DNA from: Octopus vulgaris
Lineage: Eukaryota
Assembly: GCA_951406725.2 (NCBI GenBank)
Contig: OX597837.1
Location: forward strand, 21,886,001-21,950,000
Direction of reading: 5' to 3'
Length of the DNA: 64,000 bases
Made by a program: the position numbers and the translations under genes. The notes below the pieces were generated by a model that saw nothing but the letters and a program-made list of their open reading frames with translations, was not told where the DNA came from and searched no databases. Shown one piece after another: positions 1 through 12,529 of the stretch (positions are counted from its first letter, which is position 1; every line of letters begins with the position of its first letter).

Positions 1-433
1 TATATATATATATATATATTTACACACTCACTCACAGAGGATAGACTTCCGCACAGTGTCTGCTTACCATATTCACTCACAAGGACTGTTCATCCCAAGG
101 TTATAGCAGAGGACACTTGCCCAAAGTTTTGCACAGTGGGACTGAAACCAAAGCCACAAAGCATACATATATATAAATAAAAATTAGGGTACCAAAATAC
201 CAGCTTGCTAGAAATAGGAGTCAACACTCCAAATCCACAAAGTTTCTTATATTCGTTACATTCACCATGCATGTTTTTTAATAGTGAGAAATTTGTGGAT
301 TTGGAGTATTGACTCTTAATCTTAACAATCTGGTATTTCGGTACCCAAATTTAATTGTATATTTTTGCCTATTTAGGTTAAACTTGCTGGCCACTTTATT
401 ATATACACACACACACACACACACATATATATA

Positions 434-742
434 TCACCCTCACCGTGACCAACCAGGCTATCAGATGTTGCTACACATCGCTGGTCACAATGCGCTTCGC
501 ATTGTTTTAGCCTTCAAAGGACGCCACCCCGCTGGCTAAGCGAGCAGGCCAACAGAAGAAAGAGTGAGAGAAAGTTGTGGCAAAAGAGTACAGCAGGGAT
601 CGCCACCACCCCTTGCCAGAGTCTCGAGGAGCTTTAGGTGTTTTTGTTCAATAAACACTCACAACGCCCGGTCTGGGAATCGAAACCGCAATCCTATGAC
701 CGCGAGTCCGCTGCCATAACCACTGGGCCATTGCGCCTCCAC
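434..742 (-). mobile_element. tRNA-derived SINE (family D), full length
   Basis: The minus strand begins GTGGAGGCGCAATGGCCCAGTGGTTATGGCAGCGGAC...GGTTTCGATTCCC, with Pol III A/B boxes. Head and body are shared with 11987-12307 and 24704-25027. Confidence 0.85.
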
Positions 743-744
743 AC

Positions 745-789
<45 letters not shown>

Positions 790-792
<3 letters not shown>

Positions 793-968
793 GGTCCCGG
801 GTTGAGTCGGGGTTAACCACAGTAAATAAGGTACTCAATACATAGCAGAGTAAATTAATTTATTTTATAGAAGGAGCTTCTACAGGACTAGAACTGTTTC
901 ATTCAAATGATGATTTCATTTGAATGAAACAGTTCTAGTCCTGTAGAAGCTCCTTCTATAAAATAAAT

Positions 969-971
<3 letters not shown>
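790..971. mobile_element. Putative Penelope-like element terminal remnant forming a tail-to-tail palindrome, inserted in (TA)n
   Basis: Perfect 56-bp inverted arms at 855-910 and 916-971 with a 5-nt spacer. A hammerhead-like TGATGA..GAAA..GTC remnant sits at the centre, and (TA)n flanks both sides. The PLE assignment is inference. Confidence 0.5.
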
Positions 972-1019
<48 letters not shown>

Positions 1020-1874
1020 GTATATATGTATGTATGTATGTAGAGTATGTTTTCAGCTTCTGCCAACCAAATTCTTTAATGGGGCTCTGGTCAACTCAAG
1101 GCTACAGTAGAAAACACTCGCTCAAAGTGTTGCATCATGTGACTGAACCAAAAATTACATGACTGCCGACCAAAGTTTTTAACCACACAGCCATGTCTGT
1201 ACCTCTGTGTGCGTGTGTGTGTGTGCATGAGAGAGAGAGAGATTCAGATAAATATGGTACTAATGTTGAGGCACCAGAATTTAGTACACACACACATGCA
1301 CACACACACGATGGGCTTCTTTCAGTTTCCATCTTTCAAATCTACTCCCAAGGCTTTGGTCGGCCCAGAGCTATAGTAGAAAACACTTGCCCAAGGTGCC
1401 ATGCAGTAGGAATGAATTGTGAAACCCCATGGTTCTAAAGTGAACTTCTAAACAATGCAGCCAAGCTTGCAAACCTTTTCTGAAAAACAGCAAACCTTTT
1501 CTGAGAAACCAAGAAACATATAGTAAAACCATAACATTGAGAAAAAATATAACATTTTATGTAAATGTGAAAAGGATTTATTTTGGTAAAACAATTTAAA
1601 AGCAAAAGAGACCTCACCACCCACCACCTAAATATAAAAAAAGTTCTCTCCATCACCAAAAAAAAAACTAAGTCAACCTCTTTTCCTCTCTCCACTACCA
1701 AACAAAATATTTTGACTTTAAAAAAATAGACTCTATGGTTTCTTGGTATAAGTTACTACTTTCTACATACACATTCATTCAAATATACATATAGGCGTTC
1801 ATGCATAGGCACTGAGAAACACAACATCACCAACATATGTAGCAAAACAATTTCAAGGAAGTGTATAAAAACTT

Positions 1875-1985
1875 ATGGTGATGGTGGTGGTGGTGGTGAT
1901 GCTTGTGGTATTAAATGGTGGGGATGGCAATGGTGTTGAGGATGATGGTGGTAGTGGTGAAGGTGAAGATGGTGGCGGTGGTGTG
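1875..1985. repeat. Degenerate (GGT/GAT)n trinucleotide repeat
   Basis: Direct reading of the sequence. Confidence 0.85.
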
Positions 1986-2866
1986 CTGGGAGTGATTGTT
2001 TATTCCAGAAGAGAACAAAAAAAATTAAAAACAATAATGGTCTTTTTAAATATAAGTTGGAAGAATAAAGAAAATGTTTATTCTTTGTAAAACAACACAC
2101 ATTCACAAATAAATATTCACACACACACACACACACACACATTATACGCACATACACACAAATACATATATATATATACATATATACACATACATGAAGG
2201 CACACATATTCACACATGTTTACTTATACACATACACACACACGCAACATTCTAGCTCATGTTTATGTTGCAAGTGTAAAGAAGAAAATTCAAAAGTTGG
2301 CAAAGCTTTTTGGTGGGTTTTTATAAAAGTCTACAGAGTAGAATTATAATTGACTTGAAATAATCTTTAGAATTTAATTTCATGTTAGTAAGAGGCTGGA
2401 AAGGGTAGCTATAGGATTCTGACAAGGGAATGAAAGATGGAGAGGATATAATCCAAACAAAATGAATATCTAAAGCTTTAATAGACAACAGTTGGGGATT
2501 TTTTAATGAAGTTTTAATAATTATGGTTTTCAGGAGATATTGTGTGTGTTTGTAGGTGTGTATGTAAGGGTATACTGGGTATGACCCTAAACTGCATCTC
2601 ATAGTGGGGGCCTTTGTACAGGAGTTGCAGGGTTTTAAGGAGTGTGGACCAGCGACTTAGTTACTGTTGTTCTCATGTCTACTCTGGCCTGAAATAGTAA
2701 TACCTGTTAGGGTCCTAGCTATGGGTTAACTAGCATGTGAAAAACCTCTAATCCTCATTGGAACCTCCTTCTAAAAAACCAGTAGACTGGCATTAAAAAA
2801 ACAAAGCAACCTAAAGTGCAGTTGGTTTCTGGTCACCTTAACCTCTGTTGTGCCAATGGTATTATA

Positions 2867-3027
2867 GGCGGCGAGCTGGCAGAATCGTTAGAACGTTGGG
2901 CGAAATGCTTAGCAGTATTTCATCTGCCGTTATGTTGTGAGTTCAAATTCCGCCGAGGTCGACTTTGCCTTTCATCCTTTCGGAGTCGATAAATTAAGTA
3001 CCAGTTACACACCGGGGTTGAGAAATA
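2867..3027 (+). mobile_element. SINE family B (Meta-domain-like), internally deleted, 9-bp TSD
   Basis: Head GGCGGCGAGCTGGCAGAA and core GAGGTCGACTTTGCCTTTCATCCTTTCGG. GGTATTATA occurs at 2858-2866 and 3028-3036. Confidence 0.85.
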
Positions 3028-3359
3028 GGTATTATAGCTGTTTGCAATGGAAAGTGAGTTCTGTGTAACACTTTATTTACTCAAAACAAATTCACACATA
3101 GGAAATTCTTGGACACTCCAAACATTTTGTATGGACTTACTGAGTTTAGGAAATAGTCTTAGAGTGAAGGCACATGGCTAAGTGGTTAGGGTATTTAGCT
3201 TGATACCTGGTGGTATGTTGTATTCTTGAGCAAGGCACTTTATTTCACTTTGCTCTAGTCCACTCAGCTAGCAGAGGGGCCAGCCTCGAAAATCCATTTC
3301 AGCTGATCTTACTCTCAGTTTCACAAAATCTTATATGGACCCTGGTTGAGAACCACGGC

Positions 3360-3550
3360 TCTATATGGTCACTAAGTCTGCTAGAAATAGCAACCAAGTC
3401 TGTCAAATCACACCCTGCCATCTTAAACAGCAAACTGGATAGTGCAATCCTCAATACAATATATTTGAATACATGGTAGGATTGTCATGGTTGGAATATC
3501 TTGATCATATGTTTGCTCAATCAGGGCTGATCTGGGGCTAAAATAACATT
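3360..3550 (+). repeat. Dispersed repeat family E (CTGCTAGAAATAGCA...GGGGCTAAAC(AAC)n); other copies near 3700-3895, 7255-7440, 27285-27460(-), 49340-49490, 60265-60462, 63130-63345
   Basis: The same motifs recur in the same order at multiple loci in the window. Class unknown. Confidence 0.65.
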
Positions 3551-4295
3551 AAAAAAATGTCCATCATCCCAGTTTAGTTGCAACTATTTCTGGAGAAGCC
3601 TAAAATATTTTAGCATTTGTAAAAACATTCTAGAGTAGGGGAAAATGTATTTACTGATATCACCTACTTATATTTTTTAGATGAACCTACAGGGGTACCT
3701 CATTGTGGTTGAACAATCTGCTAGAAATAGCAACTAAATATCCTCAAATTACACCATTTTAAGAAAAGTAAATAAATAAAAGATACATTGAGTTATACAG
3801 TCTAGATTCAGTATACATATTATAGAATATAATATTTATGTGATGGCTATGGTTGGAATGCATTTTGATAAGGGCTTACCTAGGGTTAAACAATAACACT
3901 AAAAAAGAAAAGCAAAAGAAAGAAAATAGAAGAAAGAAAAACACACGAAAGGTCTATAATTCCAATTGGATATAACTTTTTCTGGAGAACTGTAAAGATT
4001 ATTCTAGCATTTGTCAAAACATATTTTAGTGTATGACTGAAAAATTAAACTACTTATATCATCATTGCCTAAGAACACAGTAAACTATGGTAATTTAATA
4101 GAATATAGGCTTCTTTGGGATTGGAATTTGTGGTTCTGTGTTAAATGGTGTTTTAAGGTTGATACAGACTTTCCTTTCATTCTTGGAGGAAGGAAGAGGG
4201 AGATGGGTGGAGGATTATGAGCACCAAGGGAATATATTAAAAAAGAAAAGTGAAATATTAGCATTACAAAGTAGGAGGCTCAGTTGACAGGAATA

Positions 4296-4728
4296 TTGAT
4301 TTCAAATTTTTGCACAAGGCCAGCAATTTTGGAGGGGGGGGGGGATCAGTTGATTACACTGACTCCCTCCCAGCACTCAACTGGTACTTATTTTATTGAC
4401 ACTAGAAGGATGAAAGACAAAAGTGGACTTCAGCAGAATTTGAACTCAAAACAAAAGAAAGATGCCACTAAGCATTTTACTTAGTGTGCTAATGATTCTG
4501 CTAGCTTGCCACCAAGATTGATATTGATTTCAAATTTTGGCACAAGGCCAGCAGTTTCAGAGCGGGAGGTTAAGTCAATGACATCGATGACCCCCGGCTC
4601 AGTGCTCTGATACTTCTTTTATTGACCCTGGAATGATACAAGGCAAAGTGGTCCTCAGCGGAATTTGAATTCACAACAGAGACAAACATTTTGGTCAGTG
4701 TGCCAACCATTCTGCCAGATTGCTGCCG
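4296..4728 (-). mobile_element. Two tandem SINE family B copies
   Basis: Two reverse-oriented copies with CTGGTACTTATTTTATTGAC...GAATTTGAACTC motifs. Confidence 0.75.
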
Positions 4729-5069
4729 TAGTTGACAGAGATATCAAAACATCCAGTTAAATACCTTACAATATCATCACTCTTTGCATTCAAGTTCAAC
4801 CTCCAACTAAACCAACTCTTGACTTTCATCTCTTTAGTGTAATCACCAGTATCATTGCTGCTCCCCTCATTGTTGTCAGTCCATTTCCATACTGTAAAGG
4901 GTTGGATGGGTCATCACTGTCCAATTCAGTTCTTATTTGGAGTTCTTACTTATAGTTGTATATTTTAAGCTTAGTTTCAACAGCCTGAAACCCTTCCTAT
5001 AACCAACTCCTACAGTGAACTACCATATTTTCTGGCATACAAGTTGATGTGGTATTGTCTCCAGTCACT

Positions 5070-5252
5070 TTAGTGATGATTGAAACGATTGAAGAAGGAT
5101 GATATGGATGTCAAACTTGATGAACTGGTTGGAAGGAGGCGGCTTTAAACATCAGTAAGTGGGACTGATATGGAAAACAGAGAATTGAGAATTGTGGCAC
5201 GATATGACTGCCTGTCCTACATCCTGGACATGGTGCCTAACGAAGAAGAAGA
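5070..5252 (+). mobile_element. Degenerate RTE-clade LINE 3' end with (GAA)n tail
   Basis: Broken reading frame resembling the RTE ORF C-terminus (IEEG...ENREL..WHDMTA), ending in GAAGAAGAAGAA. Confidence 0.4.
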
Positions 5253-5430
5253 ATATTAGGACGGGCATCCAGCTGCAGACACCATGCCAAAAATAGAACG
5301 TACAAGTAAGATCAATCCTCTGATTTATCAGGAAGAGCAGTAATTTTCATGGTGGCACATGCCAGATTCCAGGCTCCCACGCAGTAGGACTAAACTGAAA
5401 AGCATGTGGTTGGGAAGCAAATTTCTTAAC

Positions 5431-5446
5431 CACACACACACACACC

Positions 5447-5525
<79 letters not shown>
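5431..5525. repeat. (CA)n microsatellite
   Basis: Direct reading of the sequence. Confidence 0.95.
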
Positions 5526-5530
<5 letters not shown>

Positions 5531-6087
5531 GAGCTGGGAACATGAACTTTAAACATATCTGGTTATTATGACACTTGTTCTTTAAAAGGAAAATAAAAGC
5601 TGTTCTGTTTATTCCTGTCTTAAACAAAAGAAGAAAAAGAATGTTACAATTTCCTATTTCATTTCCTCTAAAAACCTCAGGAAATATAATTTTTTCTTCT
5701 TTTGTGCATTAAAGATAAGACTGCTTCTCATTTAAATGCCGTTTTAAACCAATATAGTCACTGACTTAACTCTTTGGCTTTCAAAATGCTAAATGGTGAT
5801 CATATATACCTTTTGTCTTTTACTTGTTTCAGCCATTAGACTGTGGCCATGCTGGGGCACCACCTTGAATTTTTAGTCAAATGAATCAACCCCAGTGCTT
5901 TTTTTTTTTTAAAGCCTGGTACTTATTCTATCAGTCTTTTTTGCTCAACTGCTAAGTTACAGGGATGTAAACAGACCAACACCAGTTGTCAAGAGGTGGT
6001 GGTAGACAAACACAAACATAAAGACACACACACACACATCTCTCTCTTTTTTTCTCTCTCCTTCCCTCCCTATCTCTCTCTCTATTT

Positions 6088-6395
6088 ATATCATCATCAT
6101 CATCATTTAATATCTGTTGTCCATGCTGGCATGGATTGGACAGTTTGACCAAGGCTGGCAAGCTGGAAGGCTGTACCAGACTCCAGTCTGATTTGACATG
6201 GTTTCTACAGCTGAATGCCCTTCCTAACACCAACCACTCCGAGAGTGTAGTGGGTGCTTTTACGTGCCACCAGCATGAGGGCCAGTCAAGCGGTACTGGC
6301 AACGACCACGAAAAAAATCGTTTTTTTTTACGTGTCACCTGCACACCGGCACAAGTGCCATTAAGGCGACGCTGGAAACGATCATGCTTGAATGG
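6088..6395 (-). mobile_element. RTE-LINE 3'UTR-type retroposon with (GAT)n tail
   Basis: The minus strand has GAGTGGTTGGTGTTAGGAAGGGCATTCAGCTGTAGAAAC...CCATGCCAGCATGG..TTAAATGATGATG. There are many copies in the window. Confidence 0.75.
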
Positions 6396-7933
6396 TAGAT
6401 ATATAAAGAATCCTAGATTGATGAAAGTAAGGAAAATAAATCATTTCTATATGAGTTTCTATATGATTTTGTGCTTGAATTGTGTGAGACTGGGGAGGGA
6501 GTGGCAAGACATTGTCAAAGCAGCCTATATGGTTAGTTTGAAGAAACAGCTCTGTGTTTGTAGTGGTTAAGTTTGCTTGTTTAAATGAGGAAAGGGTTAC
6601 ACCAATAGAGCCAGCCTAGAAAATAGGCTGACTCTGGTGGGCACAATTCACAAATGGATCTCAAGATCAACAAGGGTTATAATAAGCATGTCTAGCTTAA
6701 TTAGGAGAAACATGGGAAGATATACAGATAGACAAGTAAAGAGAGAGAGGGAGGAGAGAGATAGACAGATAGAGAGATGAGTAGAGAAAGAGAGAGATGG
6801 GGAGAGAGAGAGAGAGAGAGAATGTTGTTTCTAAGAATCTTTCTCTTTTCCCAACCAACATACAAACTTTTTTCTAAGACTTGATGGTGAGTTCAGTACC
6901 TCTTCTACAAAGTTAAAATTCCTTGAAAGCATCTCATTTCAAATGTGAACAATTTAATCTCAATCTTTTCTGGGATTTAAGAGTAGGATTACACAATAAC
7001 TACACCTAACAGAAATAGTCACAGACAAAGCACTAGCATCCATATAAATCGCTAAAATCTAAAAAGATGGTGCTGCTCTACTTATGGCCACAGGCCAAAA
7101 GACAGAAACCAGTAAAACATAGAATTTGACAAGGAGCATACAATAATAAACATTAATATAGAATTAATATTAACTAATACCTGAGATATGCTGCCAATTT
7201 CTCAAAAAATTATGGAAATAAATAATGTCTTATCAATCAAATGTGGAAGCCTCAACATGGTCGTTCAGTCTGCTAGAGAAAGTAGCAAAATTGTTCCTTA
7301 TTACATTAGATAAGGAAAACATTCTTTAGATAATGTAGTCTGAAAGACCTCTAAAAATAAAATAACCCACAAGACTGCAATGATTGAAATGCCTTTGAGT
7401 ATGGGTCATGCTCCAACAGAGTTGAGATGGGCTTAAGCAACACGACAGGGATACATAGACGCACTTGAGACTAGAGACACGCAAACATACTTAAGACTAA
7501 CAGCATAAACATACAACAGAGGAAAAAAACTATTCCTTAAATTTGTAGTCATGCAAAGAAATATGAGACAGGACTGGTGATGCTATTTCCTAAGTCACAC
7601 CATAAGAGATCATATTACAAGAGAGAGAGAGAGAGAGAGAGAAGGAGACAGGCAGAAAGAGAGAGAGAAAGAGAGAGAGAGAAGGAGACAGGCAGAAAGA
7701 GAGAGAGAGAGATGTAATGTTAAGGAAGTAACAATTAAGACATTACTTTTATCCATCACTTTTTTAAAAACTGGACAGCCAGAAATTTGGTTGCCTATGG
7801 CTTGCTTTTCCTCTTTTCACGAGTGATCCACTTTCATCTCACTGCTGCATTAGTACACTTACTTCCACATAAAAAAAAAAAAAAAAAAAAAAAACAAGGA
7901 TTGGTTGAGACCAGGACAGACATTCAGACTCAC

Positions 7934-8099
7934 TTTGAAGTATTTCTGATTAAGTGTGTATACATCTGGCACTGGAAGTGACATGTCATGTTTAACTCTT
8001 TGGACATGGAAAGCAGATATATCTGCTCAAAGTTTTATTAACGTTAACTGCAGGAAGTTGTTTTGCTCCATGACTTTGAAGAAACAACCTCTCTAAATG
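7934..8099 (-). other. Candidate exon (non-coding or 5' leader); alternative donor after 7863
   Basis: Acceptor tgtttctgcttcttgcag|, donor TCAAA|gtgagt, and a second donor GGAA|gtaagt at 7863/7862. It lies in unique sequence and has stops in all three frames. Confidence 0.3.
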
Positions 8100-8175
8100 C
8101 TGCAAGAAGCAGAAACACCCCCAGTGAAACTTTTTAAAAATGACAACTCTTCAGATATTTGTAATTTTTTGCATA

Positions 8176-8575
8176 CTCTCTTTTACTCTTACTTGTTTCA
8201 GTCATTTGACTGCGGTCATGCTGGAGCACCGCCTTTAGTCGAGCATATCGACCCCGGGACTTATTCTTTGTAAGCCCAGTACTTATTCTATCGGTCTCTT
8301 TTGCCGAACCGCTAAGTGATGGGGTTGTAATCACACCAGCATCGGTTGTCAAGCAATGCTAGGGAGACAAACACAGACACACAAACACACACACACACAC
8401 ATACATATATATGACAGGCTTCTTTCAGTTTCCGTCTACCAAATCCACTCACAAGGCATTGGTCGGCCCAGGGCTATAGCAGAAGACACTTGCCCAAGAT
8501 GCCACGCAGTGGGACTGAACCCGGAACCATGTGGTTGGTTAGCAAACTACTTACCACACAGCCACTCCTGCACCT
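8176..8575 (-). mobile_element. SINE family A, full length (tRNA-like head, internal microsatellite, (AAAAGAGT)-type tail)
   Basis: GGAGTGGCTGTGTGGTAAGTAG...GGTTCAGTCCC...TTGGGCAAGTGTC...AAGGCGGTGCTCCAGCATG..AAACAAGTAA. More than 25 full or partial copies occur in the window. Confidence 0.9.
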
Positions 8576-8707
8576 ACTTAATAAAATATTTCTTTACAGA
8601 GCCAGAATCAAATATTTTTAATGGTGGATATGAAAACTGTACCTACAGGAGATAATGAAAAAAATATTGCTGAAGCAGAAAATATCAATTCTATATTTTG
8701 GTGGATA

Positions 8708-9040
8708 ATAAAAATTGAGGGAAGTTGTGGAAGACGGAAACTCAGAAAGACATGAGATGACATATTGAAGGCTGATCTCAAAACACTGATCCTTACAAAG
8801 AAGATGATAGAGGACCAAGATATGTGATGTATTGCTGCACTTGAGAAGCCCCATCCATCACAACAAAACAGAGATCCTAAAGCCAAGGTTGTTCAAAAAA
8901 AAAGCATTAGTGTGGGTGCTGGTGTCATGTAAAAAGCACGGGTTATGGAATCACAGAAAAAGCATCCAGTACACTTTGTGGAGTGGTTGGCATTGGGGAG
9001 GACATCCAGCTATAGAAATGAAGCCAAAACAGACAAATCA
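8708..9040 (+). mobile_element. RTE LINE 3' fragment (ORF end plus 3'UTR)
   Basis: Translates as IEGSCGRRKLRKT*DDILKADLKTLILTKKMIEDQD, followed by the shared 3'UTR motif GAGTGGTTGGCATTGGGGAGGACATCCAGC. Confidence 0.7.
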
Positions 9041-10521
9041 ATAATTTTTGTTACAAGGTATTTAAAATACCTGTATTTGTCTATGTTGTTCAAAAACATG
9101 CCACTGGCCACTTCAAGCTATTTCTTTCAGCTCATTTTTTTTGTGTGTGTGTGTGTAACAATGTATTTTGAAAATGGTGAATAGCATTTATTTTTTGAAA
9201 CACTTCTTGGTGCCATGCAAAAGGCACTGATGCTAGTGCCATGTAAAAAGCACCCAGTACACTCAGTAGAGTGGTTGGCATTAAGAAGGACATGCAGTTA
9301 CAGAAATCAAGCTAAAACAGACTACGGAATCTGGTGCAGCCCTTAGCCTTGCCAGGGCCTATTAAGCCATCCAATCCATGTAAGCATGGAAAATGAAAGT
9401 ATGATGGTGATGATTTTATTAAAAGGCATTTTATCTCACAGAACTCTGAGTTTCTCTGCAGTCATTTTGAGAAACCTTGGACTTGGAGAATAGCAGAATA
9501 GAATAATTTAGGATAATTTATGGATTTTTAAGATAAGAGAATGGTAGAATAGAATGTTATAGGCTTTTAGGATATATGAATGATAAGGAGTTTGATTATA
9601 AACTTCATCTCAGTGTAGATTGCTAGTATGTGAACTAAATAGCATTGAATGCCTGAATAGGAAAATTACATAAAATAGGAGAACAGACTGTATGTCCCAT
9701 TGCACTGCAATGATTGCTGTTCAGAAAATAGTTAATATAGGAATAACTGAATTGCAGAATAGAATAAAAAAATACAAGAATGAGTTAGTGACCTTTTTAA
9801 CAAAATAGGAATAGTTGAATAAGAGAATGTCAGAAGAGAATAAAAGAATGGGTTAGGGGCAATTTGTATAGAATTGTATGGATTGCTGCCAGAGTTGAAC
9901 ACATAGCAATGTGGAGAAAACTGAATAGGAGAATGACAGAACAGAATATAATAGAAAAACAGATTGACAAATTTATCTGATTACTGATCACTGCCCTGGA
10001 GTCAAAGAATTTCTGAGGAGTCTGGGTGTTGGCTAAACTATGTTGCACCACCTGCATTCCATCTCTGATTACTCTTCCTTTATCAGAGAGAGAGGGAGAA
10101 GGGGGAAGACGGGAGAGAGAGAGGAGGAGAAAGAGGGGAGAGAGAGAGAAAGAGAAGAGGACTATTACATTATATTATCTTTAGTTATCATTTCCATTTT
10201 CAGTGCCAAGACTGAAGAATTCTCAGGATTTAACTTTCAGCAACCATTGTTATCTTATCTCATTCATAGAGACTATACCCCCAGTCCTAGTATGGCTGGG
10301 TTAATGTAAGCAGTGGATGATGATGGGCGGGCAGGTGGGTGGGTGGAACAGGACAGAATATTGTTAAGCAGGAGAGAGAGTCACGAGATGTCAGTGGTGG
10401 TGGAGTGGAGCAGAAAATCTCATTACATGTGTACTTGTATGGCTGTGTACATGTGCATGTATATGCATACGTGGTAGGTTTCTACCTAGAAGGACTTGAA
10501 GTGGGGGTTGAATCTATTTAA

Positions 10522-11243
10522 CTCATTACCATTCAGATTACTCTCTCAAATGTAATGCTTATTTATTCACATCGTTTTGAATTAATCATGCATTATCTCA
10601 TAGCTAAGAGATTTTCATGATGTGATAGCTTATTTTTAGAATGACATTGTAGGATAGGTGTGAGAAGTGGAGGTGCATGGCTTAGTGCTTAGGGTGTCAG
10701 ATTCATGATTGTAAGATTGTGGTTTCGATTCCTGGACTGGATGACACATTGTGTTCTTACGTCTTTATTACCCACAAAGGGCTAAACACAGAGGGAACAA
10801 ACAAAGACAGACAAAGGGATTAAGTCGATTACATCGACCCCAATGCATAACTAGTACATAATATATCGACCCCGAAAGGATGAAATGCAAAGTCAACCTC
10901 GGCGGAATTTGAACTCAGAAAGTAACAACAGACAAAATACTGCCAAGCATTTGGCCCGGTGTGCTAATGTTTTTGCCAGCTCATCGCCTTGTGTTCTTGA
11001 GCAAGACACTTCATTTCACATTGCTCCAGTCCATTCAGCTGGCAAAAATGAATAATCCTGCGATGGACTGGTGTCCCATCCAGGTGGGGAATATATACAC
11101 CACAAAACCAGGAAACTGGCCCTTTTGAACCAGTATGATTCAAGAAGATAATTTTATAGGTGTGAGAAGCCAGATCTGGTCAGCTTTAACCTAAAACTGG
11201 TAGAATATTTAAGCTGGATATGGCTGGCTTAAATCCTAAAGGG
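10522..11243 (+). mobile_element. piggyBac-type MITE (TTAA-flanked) carrying two nested SINEs
   Basis: TTAA at 10518-21 and 11244-47, with right end CTAAAGGG. An inner SINE at 10668-11155 has a 14-bp TSD ATAGGTGTGAGAAG, and a family B SINE at 10759-10988 lies inside that. Confidence 0.8.
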
Positions 11244-11313
11244 TTAAATCATGGAGTATAAGGGTGTTTGTACAACTATCTTTGGTCCAGACATTTAAGA
11301 TGTGTGTGTGATT

Positions 11314-11709
11314 TACTCTTTTACTCTTTTACTTGTTTCAGTCATTTGACTGCGGCCATGCCTTTAGTCGATCAAATCGACCCCGGAACTTATTCTTTGT
11401 AAGCCCAGTACTTATTCTATCAGTCTCTTTTGCCGAACCGCTAAGTGGCGGGGACGTAGACACACCAGCATCGGTTGTCAAGCAATGCTAGGGGGACAAA
11501 CACAGACACACAAACACACACATATATATATATATACATATATACAACAGGCTTCTTTCAGTTTCCGTCTACCAAATCCACTCACAAGGCATTGGTCGGC
11601 CCGGGGCTATAGCAGAAGACACTTGCCCAAGATGCCACGCAGTGGGACTGAACCCGCAACCATGTGGTTGGTTAGCAAGCTACTTACCACACAGCCACTC
11701 CTGCGCCTA
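11314..11709 (-). mobile_element. SINE family A, full length
   Basis: Near-identical to 8176-8575. Confidence 0.9.
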
Positions 11710-11986
11710 TGATTGTTCAGTTCTTTGGATGATTTCAATTATTGGTTTGTGGTGATGATGTAAAACAACTTCTGAGGGATTTTTAGTTGATCATATTGGC
11801 CCCAGTATTAATTCCAGTCTGGTACTTATCTCTTCAAGTTATTTACCGAATCACCAAGTTATGTTTTTTGATGTGAAAGTATACAACTTGCCACACTGGT
11901 TTACACCAGTAAATATAATCAAACATATGCAAAGGACTTTAATAGCCTGTCTTCTGAACCCTTCCTATATGAGGCTATGTATCCCC

Positions 11987-12307
11987 ATTTATTTATTTAT
12001 TTATGCACCCTTTTCAAGCCTAGCCAGGTTCATGGGCCTGGTTTCCTGATTTCTGTGGCGTATGTGTTCCCCCCAGCTGGACGGGACGCCAGTCCATAAC
12101 AGCGTTACCCAAGAAACAGGAAGAAAGAGTGAGAGAAAGCTGGGGCGAAAGAGTACAACAGGGGTCGCCACCACCCCTTACCGGAGCCTCGTGGGGCTTT
12201 AGGTATTTTCGCTCAATAAACATACGCAACACCCAGTCTGGAAATCGAAGCTGTGATCCTCTGACTGCGAGTCCACTGCCCTAACCACTGGGCCATTGCG
12301 CCTCCAC
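11987..12307 (-). mobile_element. SINE family D variant with (TAAA)n tail
   Basis: Same tRNA head as 434-742 with a different 3' module; matches 24704-25027. Confidence 0.85.
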
Positions 12308-12529
12308 ATATATCACCATAGAGAAACAAAATAAATAGATCACTAACATCAGTGACCTTGGCTGAATCACTCACATCTATACTCATGTCAAAAAAGATAT
12401 TTTTAGAATTCTATTTAGAAGACGGTATTTCCAATACTGAGAGTCAGTGGAACTGCATCAGTGACCAGGTCACAGTTGACACAACAAACATTTTGACATC
12501 AAATAATAATCTGAATGCTAAAGGATTAA

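Noticed and set aside
1873-2217. Poly-His/Pro ORF resembling a transcription-factor low-complexity region
   Set aside because: It is made of (GGT)n and (CA)n repeats, with no domain and no splice context.
8356-8655. Recurrent 'LLSVSVYQIHSQG...TCPRCHAVGLNPEPCGW' ORFs
   Set aside because: They are antisense translations of SINE family A, repeated at each copy.
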